The notes below the pieces were generated by a model. That model saw only the letters and a list, made by a program, of their open reading frames with translations, searched no databases and had not been told where the DNA came from. 64,000 nt of DNA from Octopus sinensis. Its lineage: Eukaryota. Positions 31,395 to 42,849 of this stretch are shown piece after piece (position 1 is the first letter of the stretch; each line of letters starts with the position of its first letter). The stretch is from assembly GCF_006345805.1 (NCBI RefSeq), contig NC_042998.1:66092001-66156000 (forward strand), written 5' to 3'. The position numbers and the translations under genes were made by a program.

Positions 31395-31994
31395 TTGCGG
31401 CCAAAATGTTCAGAACGGCATTGTTTTCGCCAGAAAAGTAGGTATAAGATTTTATCAAAGTTGTTCTATATTCTATAATTTTCAAAGACAATAAATACAA
31501 TATCAATTATTATTGTCTGAGATTTTAATGTAATTTAAAAGGATAATACAAAAGTTATGGATGATTTAGGGATTTACTGAAAAACCCATGGCGGCCAAAA
31601 TGATCAGAACGGTTGAAAAAATAACAAAATAATCAAAAATGACAGAGAATACTGGAATTATTCAATATTTAGTGTGAAGCTCTTTAACTTCAATCAGACT
31701 TTGACATCTTCGACTGCATGAGGAAATTAAATTTTCAATTTCTTGCAAGGTGATCTTATTCAATTCTTCCTGAAGGGCATTCCATAATTGGTCGGTTGTA
31801 TATTTCTATGTATATATAATTAGCCGAAACTGATCGATCAGTACAGGGAATTCTCGAACGGTGCTTTTAGGTGGGCGATTACGGTCTCTATCAGTACATA
31901 TGCATATAATTAAGTGCTTTAACTACATCATTAGAGCTTTATTCTTATTTCTAGAAATGTTGGCTTTCTAACACCCTGGTGTTATATATATATA

Positions 31995-32560
31995 TAGGTG
32001 TATATAGGCGAAGATAGGTGTATAAACAACAGATACATGTATTAGTTTAAAACTCAGGAATGTGCGAAAGTCTTTCACATTTCGAGCCTACTCTCTTCTA
32101 CAGAAAGGAACACGAGAAAATACGCAGAGAAAGAATATTAAAAACCTTTAGCGGTCAGCGATTAACCGTGGCGGCTGGCTGGACAGAGGTGGTTAGACAG
32201 GAGACCGAGGAAGAAGGGGAGACAATAAAGTACTGGTGATCCCAAAACGAACGTGTGCGTGCGCGTTTCTGTGAGTGTGTGTGCGTCTGTAATGTGTGGG
32301 TATGTGGATGATGATGTTGGTGCTGGGAAGTGGTCAGTACTAGTGTGTGTGGGGTGTTGTGATGTGATGTGGCGCGGTATTGTGTGGTGTGTGTGTTGAG
32401 AGTGGTCAGTGCTAGTATGGGCTACACACACACATATATGTAATATATATTGTATATATATATATATGATAATATATATATATATATATATAATATATAT
32501 ATATATATTGTCGTCTAATTTACACAAAAATTAAAATGGCACTCACGTCACATTTTAACA
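31995..32560 (-). mobile_element. Repeat family X copy
   Basis: Homology to 25500-25590; TGGCACTCACGT end shared with 33326. Confidence 0.55.
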
Positions 32561-32844
32561 GATATATTTACCCAAATTAAACAAGAGATCCTTGGATTCT
32601 TGGAATATAAAAAAGTAAATGTAATCAATAAAATGGCGATTGGCTGCAGCCACAAACTCCAGACGATGTCTGAATCACCTGTGCAACTCTTCTGAACGGT
32701 CACATGGTTAGGTTGGGGTATTGCGTCATGGTGCTGTTTTTCTCACAAACGGTTCCTCACTGAGCGTACTATTCGGTGCAGTTGACAACACCAAAAAAAG
32801 TGCACATGCGCAAATTAATAATAAAAATGCGACAATTTGTCGTG

Positions 32845-32913
<69 letters not shown>

Positions 32914-32966
32914 TATATATTTGTAGAAGACTCTAGTTAAATATACGGTTTGATAGTATCCGAGTG

Positions 32967-33030
<64 letters not shown>

Positions 33031-33091
33031 TTATATATATATCATATTATATATAATATATATATATATAATATACATATAATATAATATA

Positions 33092-33123
<32 letters not shown>

Positions 33124-33139
33124 TATAGATTAGTTAATC

Positions 33140-33345
33140 TAAACAAGAAGACACAGAAAAGCAAAAAATCACAACAACGCGAGGATGTGGGACAAATAAA
33201 GTATTATTGGACGCTCAGGAAAGAAGGGTCGAAGGAGGGTTTAACGTTTCCAGCGGAGCTCTTCGTCGGAAACATAGGAGAAGGAAAGATCCCGAGAAGG
33301 GAAGACAGAGGAAAAAAATCGCCAGTGGCACTCACGTGGTCACGT
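33140..33345 (-). mobile_element. Repeat family X-related copy with variant hammerhead-like motif
   Basis: Minus strand gttt-CCGACGA-A-gagc(tcc)gctg-GAAAC-GTT-aaac at 33273-33239. Confidence 0.55.
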
Positions 33346-33365
33346 GTGTGTGTGTGTGTGTATGT

Positions 33366-33771
33366 ATTACTCTTTACTCTTTTACTTGTTTCAGTCATTT
33401 GACTGCGGCCATGCTGGAGCACCGCCTTTAATCGAGCAACTCGACCCGGGACTTATTCTTTTGTAAGCCCAGTACTTATTCTATCGGTCTCTTTTTGCCG
33501 AACCGCTAAGTAACGGGGACATAAACACACCAGCACGGTTGTCAAGTAATACTAGGGGGACAAACACAGACACACACAAACACACACGCATATATATATA
33601 TACATATATACGACGGGCTCTTTCAGTTTCCGTCTACCAAGGTCCACTCACAAGGCTTTGGTCGGCCCGAGGCTATAGTAGAAGACACTTGCCAAGTGCC
33701 ACGCAGGGGACTGAACCCAGAACCATGTGGTTGGTTAGCAAGCTACTTACCACACAGCCACTCCTGCGCCT
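33366..33771 (-). mobile_element. SINE family 1, full length, young
   Basis: Complete head AGGCGCAGGAGTGGCTGTGTGGTAAG through tail. Confidence 0.93.
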
Positions 33772-34354
33772 ATGTATGTATGTATGTATGTATGTATGTA
33801 TATAATTATCAACATCAGCAGCAGCAACAATAATTTCACGTCGTCATTATCATCATCATTATGGATTCTCCTATATATCCGACGTATGAGTGCTCTACAG
33901 TTCCTTGCTGAACAACCATATAGATTATATGTTTATGGTGATCACATAAGCTCATTCCCTTTATGAAATTCACATCACCTGTAAAGGTGCGCGATGTGCC
34001 ACATGTGAGACAATGAAACAATAGCAAAAACACTTTCAATGAAGTGTTATACTAAAGAACACCACGCCATACCCGACTAGGGAATCGAAGTAACTACACT
34101 CACAATTGTGTGTGAAACACTCATATCCCTATGCCATGCGACTTTACATATATAGTGGAAATAAATATCGGGGACAGCGTAACAGCAGTTGGTCCTCAGA
34201 GGAGAAACCCCTTTTAGGCAAGTTTTTCGGCCCTTAATTCCTGACACTCTAGGGACGTCGGGCCCCTACCTATCATAACTTCTAGATGTTCACCTGCTGT
34301 CCGTTTTAGTACGCCTTAGGTGGGATTGGTTTTGTCTGGTTTCCCACACTGCTT

Positions 34355-34454
34355 NNNNNNNNNNNNNNNNNNNNNNNNNNNNNNNNNNNNNNNNNNNNNN
34401 NNNNNNNNNNNNNNNNNNNNNNNNNNNNNNNNNNNNNNNNNNNNNNNNNNNNNN
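34355..34454. other. Assembly gap (100 N)
   Basis: Run of N. Confidence 0.99.
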
Positions 34455-34587
34455 TTATTCCCTTTACATACTGAATACTTGGTGAAATTGATTAGATTAA
34501 TTGCTAATTAATTTTACCCTCAATTGTTGAAATATATATAATGTATATATAGATATATTATATATATATATATATATAATATTATAT

Positions 34588-34658
<71 letters not shown>
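34588..34658. repeat. (GATA)n microsatellite
   Basis: Direct inspection. Confidence 0.95.
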
Positions 34659-34661
34659 TAC

Positions 34662-35511
34662 TATTTTACTCTTTTACTTGTTTCAGTTATTTGACTGCGG
34701 CCATGCTGGAGCAACACTGTAATCGAGAAAATCGACCCCGGGACTTATTCTTGTAAGCCCAGTACTTATTCTATCGGTCAATTTAGCCGAACCGCTAAGT
34801 GACGGGGGACATAAACACCCCAGCATCGGTGTCAAGCAATGCTAGGGGGACAAACATAGACACACAAAACACGCACGCATATATATATATATATATATAT
34901 TATTATATATTATATATATATAGATATATACATATATACGACGGGCTTCTTTCAGTTTCCTTCTACCAATTCCACTCTCAAGGCTTTGGTGGGCCCGATG
35001 CGATAGTAGAAGACACTTGCCCAAGGTGCCACGCAGAGGGACTGAATCCGGAACCATGTGGTTGGTAAGCAAGCTACTTACCACACATCCACTCCAATAT
35101 ATATTGTTTTACTCTTTTACACTTTTCCTTGATTCAGTCATTTTGCAGTGGCCATGCTGGAGCACCGCCTTTAGTCGTCACATCGACCCCAGGGCTTATT
35201 CTTTGGAAGCCTAGTACTTATTCCATCGGTCTTTCTTGCTGAGTCGCTAAGTTACAGGGATGTAAATACACCAGCATCTGTTGTCAAGCGATGTTTAGGG
35301 GGCAAACACAGTAACAGAAATATACATATATATGTATACATATATACGACGGGCTTCTTTCAGTTTCCGCCTACCAAATCCACTCACAAGTCTTTGGACG
35401 GCCCGAGGTTATAGTAGAGTACACTTGCCCAAGTTGCCACGCAGTAGGAATGAACCCGGAACCATGTGGTTGGTAAGCAAACGACTTACCACACAGCCAC
35501 CTCTACGCCTA
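34662..35511 (-). mobile_element. Two adjacent full-length SINE family 1 copies
   Basis: Copies ~34662-35093 and ~35108-35511, each with head, central microsatellite and tail. Confidence 0.92.
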
Positions 35512-38500
35512 TATGTATATATATATAAGAGTTGTCTTTATGTTATTGTGTAGTGCTGATGCCTTCTATCTAAATTGTAGTAGTAATATACATTGCGTTT
35601 ATTTAATATTTCTCATTTTCAAGAAATTCATATTAATTATAAGTCCACGCTATGAAACTCTGACATTTAATATATCGTTACTGCATTTAATTAAATTGGT
35701 GAATTTCTTTCAAGTCAAATGTTTAATCATGTGATTTCAAGCTGAAATTTTAATCATACTTACCCAATGTAATATGTAAATTTATGCAAAAAATAAATGA
35801 ATTTTTCTATTATGCTTTCTCTTATAGGTAGTAGATCGCAGAACGTGAGTGGCAGTAGGAGTTGACCTATTGAAGAACGTATATGTCTCCTTGTAGTTGA
35901 ACTACATGTGAACTGCAACCTTACAAGGACATTGATGGATAGGATTATTATTCTCATTAGGTATTTGAATGTTAGAGCTGGATATTCTACTTATTAAACG
36001 CTGTAGTTTAGTTGGCCACCAGCTGTGTGATATCTATGAATATATATATATATACAATAATTGGCCTACATTTGCATGAAGCCTACTAGAAACGATTAAT
36101 TTATATTGCAAAAATTACATTTAGTATGTAAATAGAATTTCCGTTTAAACTCGATGAATATATCCTATATATGATTATACTTCGAATATTCAAGATGATA
36201 TTTCGAAATATATTACTCAGGTGCAGACTGCACATCATCTTTTGTACGCTGCTTTCGTACTGTCTGCTTAAATATACATGAATCTAAATAGCTCAGCGTA
36301 ACGATATATATTACTGTAAGTTTGTTAGCAGGTGAATATATGGCTACCTGATTAAGAACTCTCATTGAACGGCAGCAATATTCTGTCTGTCTGTCTTTCT
36401 ATCTATCTAACAATCTATCTAACTTTATATATATAGATATTCTTTTTTTATATGCTTCAGCCTTATAGGCTGCTGCTATGCTGAGACACCACCATTGATA
36501 TATATATATACCTATACATGCATATACATACATATATGTATATATATGTGTATATATATATGTATATATATATATGTACATATATACATACATAATACAT
36601 TCATACATACATACATACGATGGGCACCGACAATGTTTCCGCCCACGAAATTCTCTCACAATGCGTTGTCGCTCTCGGATTATGTGTGACTGAAGCAGGA
36701 ACCATATGAATGTCGTGCAATCTTCTTAACCACAGAAACTTCTCTGCGTTTATGTCTTACTATAAAGAATACAACTAATTTTCCCAACAACTTTAAGTAT
36801 GAGAGGTTATATGTACTATTAGAGAGAATACACTGTAGACGAAAATCATAAATAATCACTTCGTGCAATATATTATTCTCAGCAATTCTAATAAATAATA
36901 TAACATTTATTTCTTTCTGAAATTCTGTACGTTTCAGGTTAAGCATAAGTGAACGGATTAAGTTTGCAGAGTCTGTCATTTTTTCAATCCAGACTGTGTT
37001 TGCTATGCAATGTTCTTGTATCTATGTATCAACAATCGAGAAATACTGGGAACCCTGAAGGATCGCAAAGCGACGACGGTTCGTGACGCATCAGAACTCT
37101 GAGCTTTGTAGATATATATAGATAACACAGGTGTTTAAACTTGTAAATTAAAACACCTCCTAATCGATTACTAAACACGGCTTACTTTATTTTTCTCAGG
37201 TTAATTGTTGAAATGATTGGGCAAATGGTTTGTATCCCACGCCTGGCAAATTGCCGTCCAGGCAAACATGAATGGTATTAGATGATAACATTATCCTCAT
37301 CACTATTTTCGCAGGTACACACAAGAACACACATAGAAGTATGTATACATGTATATATTTGCATGTGTGTATGTATGCGTGTGTGTGCGTGTCCGTGTCC
37401 GTTTATCTACATACGCCTTTAAATATTTCGAACGGAAACATTTAGATCTGAAATAAGAAAGAGAAGCTTGTTTTTGTGTCCGAACTATATCATTGTATTT
37501 TATAATTTCAATTACCGTCCAATCCTGGCATACATGTTCATTTCTAGTTATTGTATCTTCTTTGATTTGCTTAAAATTTACTAAAGCAAAGGATAGTGAC
37601 ATTGTTCCAACTGTTGCATTATGGATTACCTGTCACTGTCCAAATGCAGCGCTCCTCGAAATGCAACAACTTAACACTTTTGTATTAATTAATTCTTCTG
37701 TAAGGAACCAATCCAAACAATCTTCAACGAGCTGCAGGTGCAAACTCACTTCGTCATTTGCTCCAACTTTTTTTTTTTTCCTATTTCTGGCGGCTATGTT
37801 TTACGAAGTAAGAAAAAACTAATTTCTGCTCATGGAGCTATGATATGGTTTCTATGGAGATATTTCAGTTGCCCAGTCAAACTTTATAGAGAATAATAAA
37901 TATTACGTCAGCATAACGACAATACAATCTCATCAACACATGTATATTAGGAGAAATAATATGCAGCTAGCATTCTCTACAAATTCATTATAGTTTTCTT
38001 TCTAAGCTGAAAATCCAGGAAAATGCATTTCTTGATTTCAGTATCGCTATCGAGATCTCAACTTTAGTGCAAGGAATTATCAGCTATATCCGAGGCATCA
38101 TCTCAATACAACTTGGTTAGTAACGAGGTTATAGAGATTAATACAAGTCTTCCTTTTTTCCTTTTTGAAAGAGTTTTTGACTGAGGTTTCTGAAACGAAA
38201 ACTAAATACAACAGCATAGAATTGTGTTGCCATTGCTGCAGTCTTATTCAAGGGGAGTGATTATTAACTTTTTAATCAGAAAAACAACAAATTTGCATAT
38301 TTTTTATTGTACAAACCAAAAACATTGCACATGGAATCAACATCTCTCGCCGCATACAGTGTACAAATTACATAAATATTCCTGGTCATATAATTTATGG
38401 TAGCCTTTGTGAAGAACATTCAGTTAATCGCAAACGGTGGCTTCAAATCCATATGACTTCAGCAGATGTTTTCTGAAAGGAAGAGTATGACATATCGTCA

Positions 38501-38947
38501 GTATTGTGAAACTCACCTTTCCACATGATTAGAGGCTAGTACGGCTACTACAGTAGCCTTCAATTCCCACTTCACATTATTGATAAAATTGAAGTTAAGG
38601 GATTCTTTCCATGTACCTCATTTAATTTCTTCCATTAAATCTAAATTTTAGTTGACTTCTTTGTGAAAGTTAAAACTTCTTTGATCAACTGGTCTTCAAT
38701 TTCTATACTACATTGAGGCATACTGTGTTGTGTATTGGTCTGTCCATCGATGTTTCCAATCTGCAAATTAATTCATATGCCTATGGCTAGATTTTACTTT
38801 CTGATAAGCTATCGATACTCTTGAAGAAAATTAACAACAATGATACTCCTATTCTTTCATAAACAAGAACTTAAATTATTCTTGAACCTAGAGATGTAAA
38901 GGCAGGAATACGTAGATCGGGATGAAGTCAGAATAACGACCCAGTCT

Positions 38948-38983
<36 letters not shown>

Positions 38984-39270
38984 ATATATAATTAATTAAT
39001 AAGGGTGAGAGAATTAGATACTAATTTAATAGTATATCTATTCAACACCAAGTGGCCTAGTGCTCCGAGAAACCTGGATTATTATATATTTTATAATATA
39101 TTATAATATTTTTACAAAATAAATATAAGAGAGTGGTCACTATATGGCTCACTCTAGCACCAGTTAATCCAAAAGGTTTCAACCACAAAAATACATGTTT
39201 CCCATGAAAGTCAGTACGATTGTTAGCTCACACGGACAGGGCAAATAAAAAATAACAAAAATACAGATTA

Positions 39271-39350
39271 TTTTGGGACAATTGTTTCGCATTAATGAAT
39301 TAAATGTAATTTTACTTACAAAAAATCCACTTGTAGCTCGTCAGCCAAAA
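39271..39350 (-). ncRNA. Type I hammerhead ribozyme, unit 1
   Basis: ttttgg-CTGACGA-gcta...-GAAAC-AATT-GTC-ccaaaa on minus; one base missing from stem II in this copy. Confidence 0.8.
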
Positions 39351-39807
39351 CTATCTGGATGAAATCCACTCAATCACACGCCAGATTTTACCATAACGAT
39401 AAATACGCGTGTGGTTCAATTGATTACATCCGACGTATAATTCAAATGCCCCAACTAACAGCGCGCCAAACTTTCACGGAAAACAAATACAGCATTTAGA
39501 AATAATGCAGCATAATTATAATTAATTAATAAGGTTGAGAGAATTAGATACTAATTTAATAGTATATCTATTCAACACACCAAGTGGCCTAGTGCTCCGA
39601 GAAACCAGGATTATTATAATATTTTATAATATATTATAATATTTTTACAAAATAAATATAAGAGAGTGGTCACTATATGGCTCACACTAGCACCAGTTAA
39701 TCCAAAAGGTTTCAACCAACCACAAAATATACATGTTTCCCATGAAGTCAGTACGATTGTTAGCTCACACGGACAGGGCAAATAAAAAATAACAAAAATA
39801 CAGATTA

Positions 39808-39889
39808 TTTTGGGACAATTGTTTCGCTATTATATGAATTAAATGTAATTTTACTTACAAAAAATCCACTTGTAGCTCGTCAGCCAAAA
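39808..39889 (-). ncRNA. Type I hammerhead ribozyme, unit 2
   Basis: Complete core; stem I ttttgg/ccaaaa, stem II gcta/tagc, palindromic stem III ACAATTGT, GUC site. Confidence 0.88.
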
Positions 39890-40324
39890 CTATCTAGATG
39901 AAATCCACTCAATCACACGCCAGATTTTACCATAACGATAATACGCGTGTGGTTCAATTGATTACATCCGACGTTATAATTCAAATGCCCCAACTAACAG
40001 CGCGCCAAACTTTCACGGAAAACAAATACAGCATTTAGATAATATATTAAAAATATTATAATAATCCAGGTTTCTCGGAGCACTAGGCCACTTGGTGTTG
40101 AATCGATATACTATTAACTTAGTATCTAATTCTCTCACCCTTATTAATTAATTATAATTATGCTGCATTTATTTCTAAATGCTGTATTTGTTTTCCGTGA
40201 AAGTTTGGCGCGCTGTTAGTTGGGGCATTTGAATTATAACGTCGGATGTAATCAATTGAACCACACGCGTATTTATCGTTATGGTAAAATCTGGCGTGTG
40301 ATTGAGTGGATTTCATCTAGATAG

Positions 40325-40406
40325 TTTTGGCTGACGAGCTACAAGTGGATTTTTTTGTAAGTAAAATTACATTTAATTCGTTAATAGCGAAACAATTGTC
40401 CCAAAA
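40325..40406 (+). ncRNA. Type I hammerhead ribozyme, unit 3
   Basis: ttttgg 40325-30, CTGACGA 40331-37, gcta 40338-41 / tagc 40385-88, GAAAC 40389-93, AATT, GTC 40398-400, ccaaaa 40401-06. Confidence 0.9.
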
Positions 40407-40859
40407 TAATCTGTATTTTTGTTATTTTTTATTTGCCCTGTCCGTGTGAGCTAACAATCGTACTGACTTTCATGGGAAACATGTATTTTTGTGGTTGAAA
40501 CCTTTTGGATTAACTGGTGCTAGAGTGAGCCATATAGTGACCACTCTCTTATATTTATTTTGTAAAAATATTATAATATATTATAAAATATTATAATAAT
40601 CCAGGTTTCTCGGAGCACTAGGCCACTTGGTGTTGAATAGATATACTATTAAATTAGTATCTAATTCTCTCACCCTTATTAATTAATTATAATTATGCTG
40701 CATTTATTTCTAAATGCTGTATTTGTTTTCCGTGAAGTTTGGCGCGCTGTTAGTTGGGGCATTTGAATTATGAACGTCGGATGTAATCAATTGGACCACA
40801 CGCGTATTTATCGTTATGGTAAAATCTGGCGTGTGATTGAGTGGATTTCACCCAGATAG

Positions 40860-40941
40860 TTTTGGCTGACGAGCTACAAGTGGATTTTTTTGTAAGTAAA
40901 ATTACATTTAATTCATTAATAGCGAAACAATTGTCCCAAAA
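40860..40941 (+). ncRNA. Type I hammerhead ribozyme, unit 4
   Basis: CTGACGA 40866-72, tagc-GAAAC 40920-28, GTC 40933-35, ccaaaa 40936-41. Confidence 0.9.
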
Positions 40942-41604
40942 TAATCTGTATTTTTGTTATTTTTTATTTGCCCTGTCCGTGTGAGCTAACAATCGTACTG
41001 ACTTTCATGGGAAACATGTATTTTTGTGGTTGAAACCTTTTGGATTAACTGGTGCTAGAGTGAGCCATATAGTGACCACTCTCTTATATTTATTTTATAT
41101 TATTTTATATTATATATATATATATATTATATATATATATATATATAATATATATATATATATTAATTGTATACTTAATACAATGACATTGAATGAATAC
41201 ACGATAAAACTCACTTCGGTGGAATGCATGTCAGAGAAGTAACATACTTAATAAATGACATGGAAAATTTGTATTTGCTGACCGTATATGCCAATACGCA
41301 GCCAATAACGTAAGATAATTAAATTCAAACATCGAAGTGAATTAGTTTTTTCTCGAAAAATATTTCGAACATTCGGTAATTTATGAAGTAATATTAAGTA
41401 GAAAGAAAACCATCAAGTATTTTCGTAGGTTGTGTGACACTTCTTGATTACTGTTAGAAGGACATATAAAATAACATAAAAAATTACTTTTATTTCGAAC
41501 GGTATTTTAAATATAACTTGGGATTTCAGAATATGAGATGTAACATCAACACGAATATATATTTGTATATCTATGATTTTATATACGAGTGTATGCACAT
41601 GTGG

Positions 41605-41669
<65 letters not shown>

Positions 41670-42063
41670 CAAAGAGAGATATAGGGAGACAGAGATAAAT
41701 ATATATGGCGGTTAAGTTCTTAAAAGAATATATATATATATACATATACATACACATATACATACACATTTACACCTACATATATATAGCAATGTATGTG
41801 TGTGTGTGTGTGTATATGTAAATATATATTTGAAAAAAGTTCTTGCTAAAATACGCGTCCATAATATTACATTATTACATGATTTCCCTTGTTACTCAGT
41901 GCTTTTTTATAACAAAGGGAGGTATCAGAAGTACATCTTTCATATTAATTTTCAAGCAACACATGCAGCTACAAAAAGAGAGTATCAGACAAACTTATAC
42001 ACGCCGTTCAGAGCTGGATTCATTAAATATATATATATGCGTGTGTGTTTGTTTGTGTGTGTA

Positions 42064-42105
<42 letters not shown>

Positions 42106-42173
42106 CACACACATTTATATATATATATACATATATATGTATATAAATATATATACATATGTTTAAATATATG

Positions 42174-42208
<35 letters not shown>

Positions 42209-42849
42209 GTATGTGTATATATATATATACATATATATATTTATATATATGTATATATTATCCATTGACGTCACGTCAAATACTAATACATCTGTCATAT
42301 ACATCAAGCTACTTTCCTTATACTTGAGACGGAGGGATTTATTCAGCTTGGATTATATTATATCAGTAGAGTCATTTATTGAGACTTAGATTAATCTGCA
42401 TACATCTGAATATATCAACAATAATGTTACCAATATAAATACTCTCGATGTGAAAATTATCCATTAAAATCAAAATAAATGTAAATGTAGATTAAAGCTA
42501 TTCGCCACCAATGACCACCATTGTCCAGTATACCGAGAGAATTCATGCATGTCACATCTTGAAATATAAGCATATTGCGTATGATAACAAGCATATTTTC
42601 ATGATGTGCAGCCGATTGTGTTGTGTTTGATAACAGGTATATGGTACAGAATGCTTAAATTTGCTGCGTTCAGGTAAATGGATTACATTCAATCTTAAGG
42701 AAATTAGTTATAATACACTAGATATGCGTTGTGACTGTTTAACAATTATATATTGATTAAGTAACTAACAGCGGTGAAATAGGTGAGAAATCGAACCATC
42801 GATTGAGATTTAATGTGGTTCCTTGACCTACTACTTTGAAAGTCAAATC

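Larger units (their letters stand above)
38990..41095. mobile_element. Four-copy array of a ~535-bp hammerhead-bearing unit (2 units minus, 2 units plus): candidate non-LTR retrozyme
   Basis: Period 530 between AAGG(G/T)TGAGA at 39001 and 39531; period 535 between CCAGG at 40066 and 40601; 40039-41095 is the reverse complement of the unit; (TA)n at both outer ends. Confidence 0.9.

Noticed and set aside
31765-31852. Half hammerhead: GCCGAAAC-TGATCGATCA-GTA-cagggaa with perfect palindrome ACTGATCGATCAGT
   Set aside because: The upstream CTGAAGG lacks A9 and I could not form stem I. It may be a decayed ribozyme but is not supportable as a call.
34040-34354. GC-richer island next to the N gap
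   Set aside because: Truncated by the gap and I could not recognise any motif.
38990-41095. Array as CRISPR, satellite or rDNA
   Set aside because: No unique spacers, no rRNA similarity, and only four units, each with a ribozyme; a retrozyme-like element fits better.
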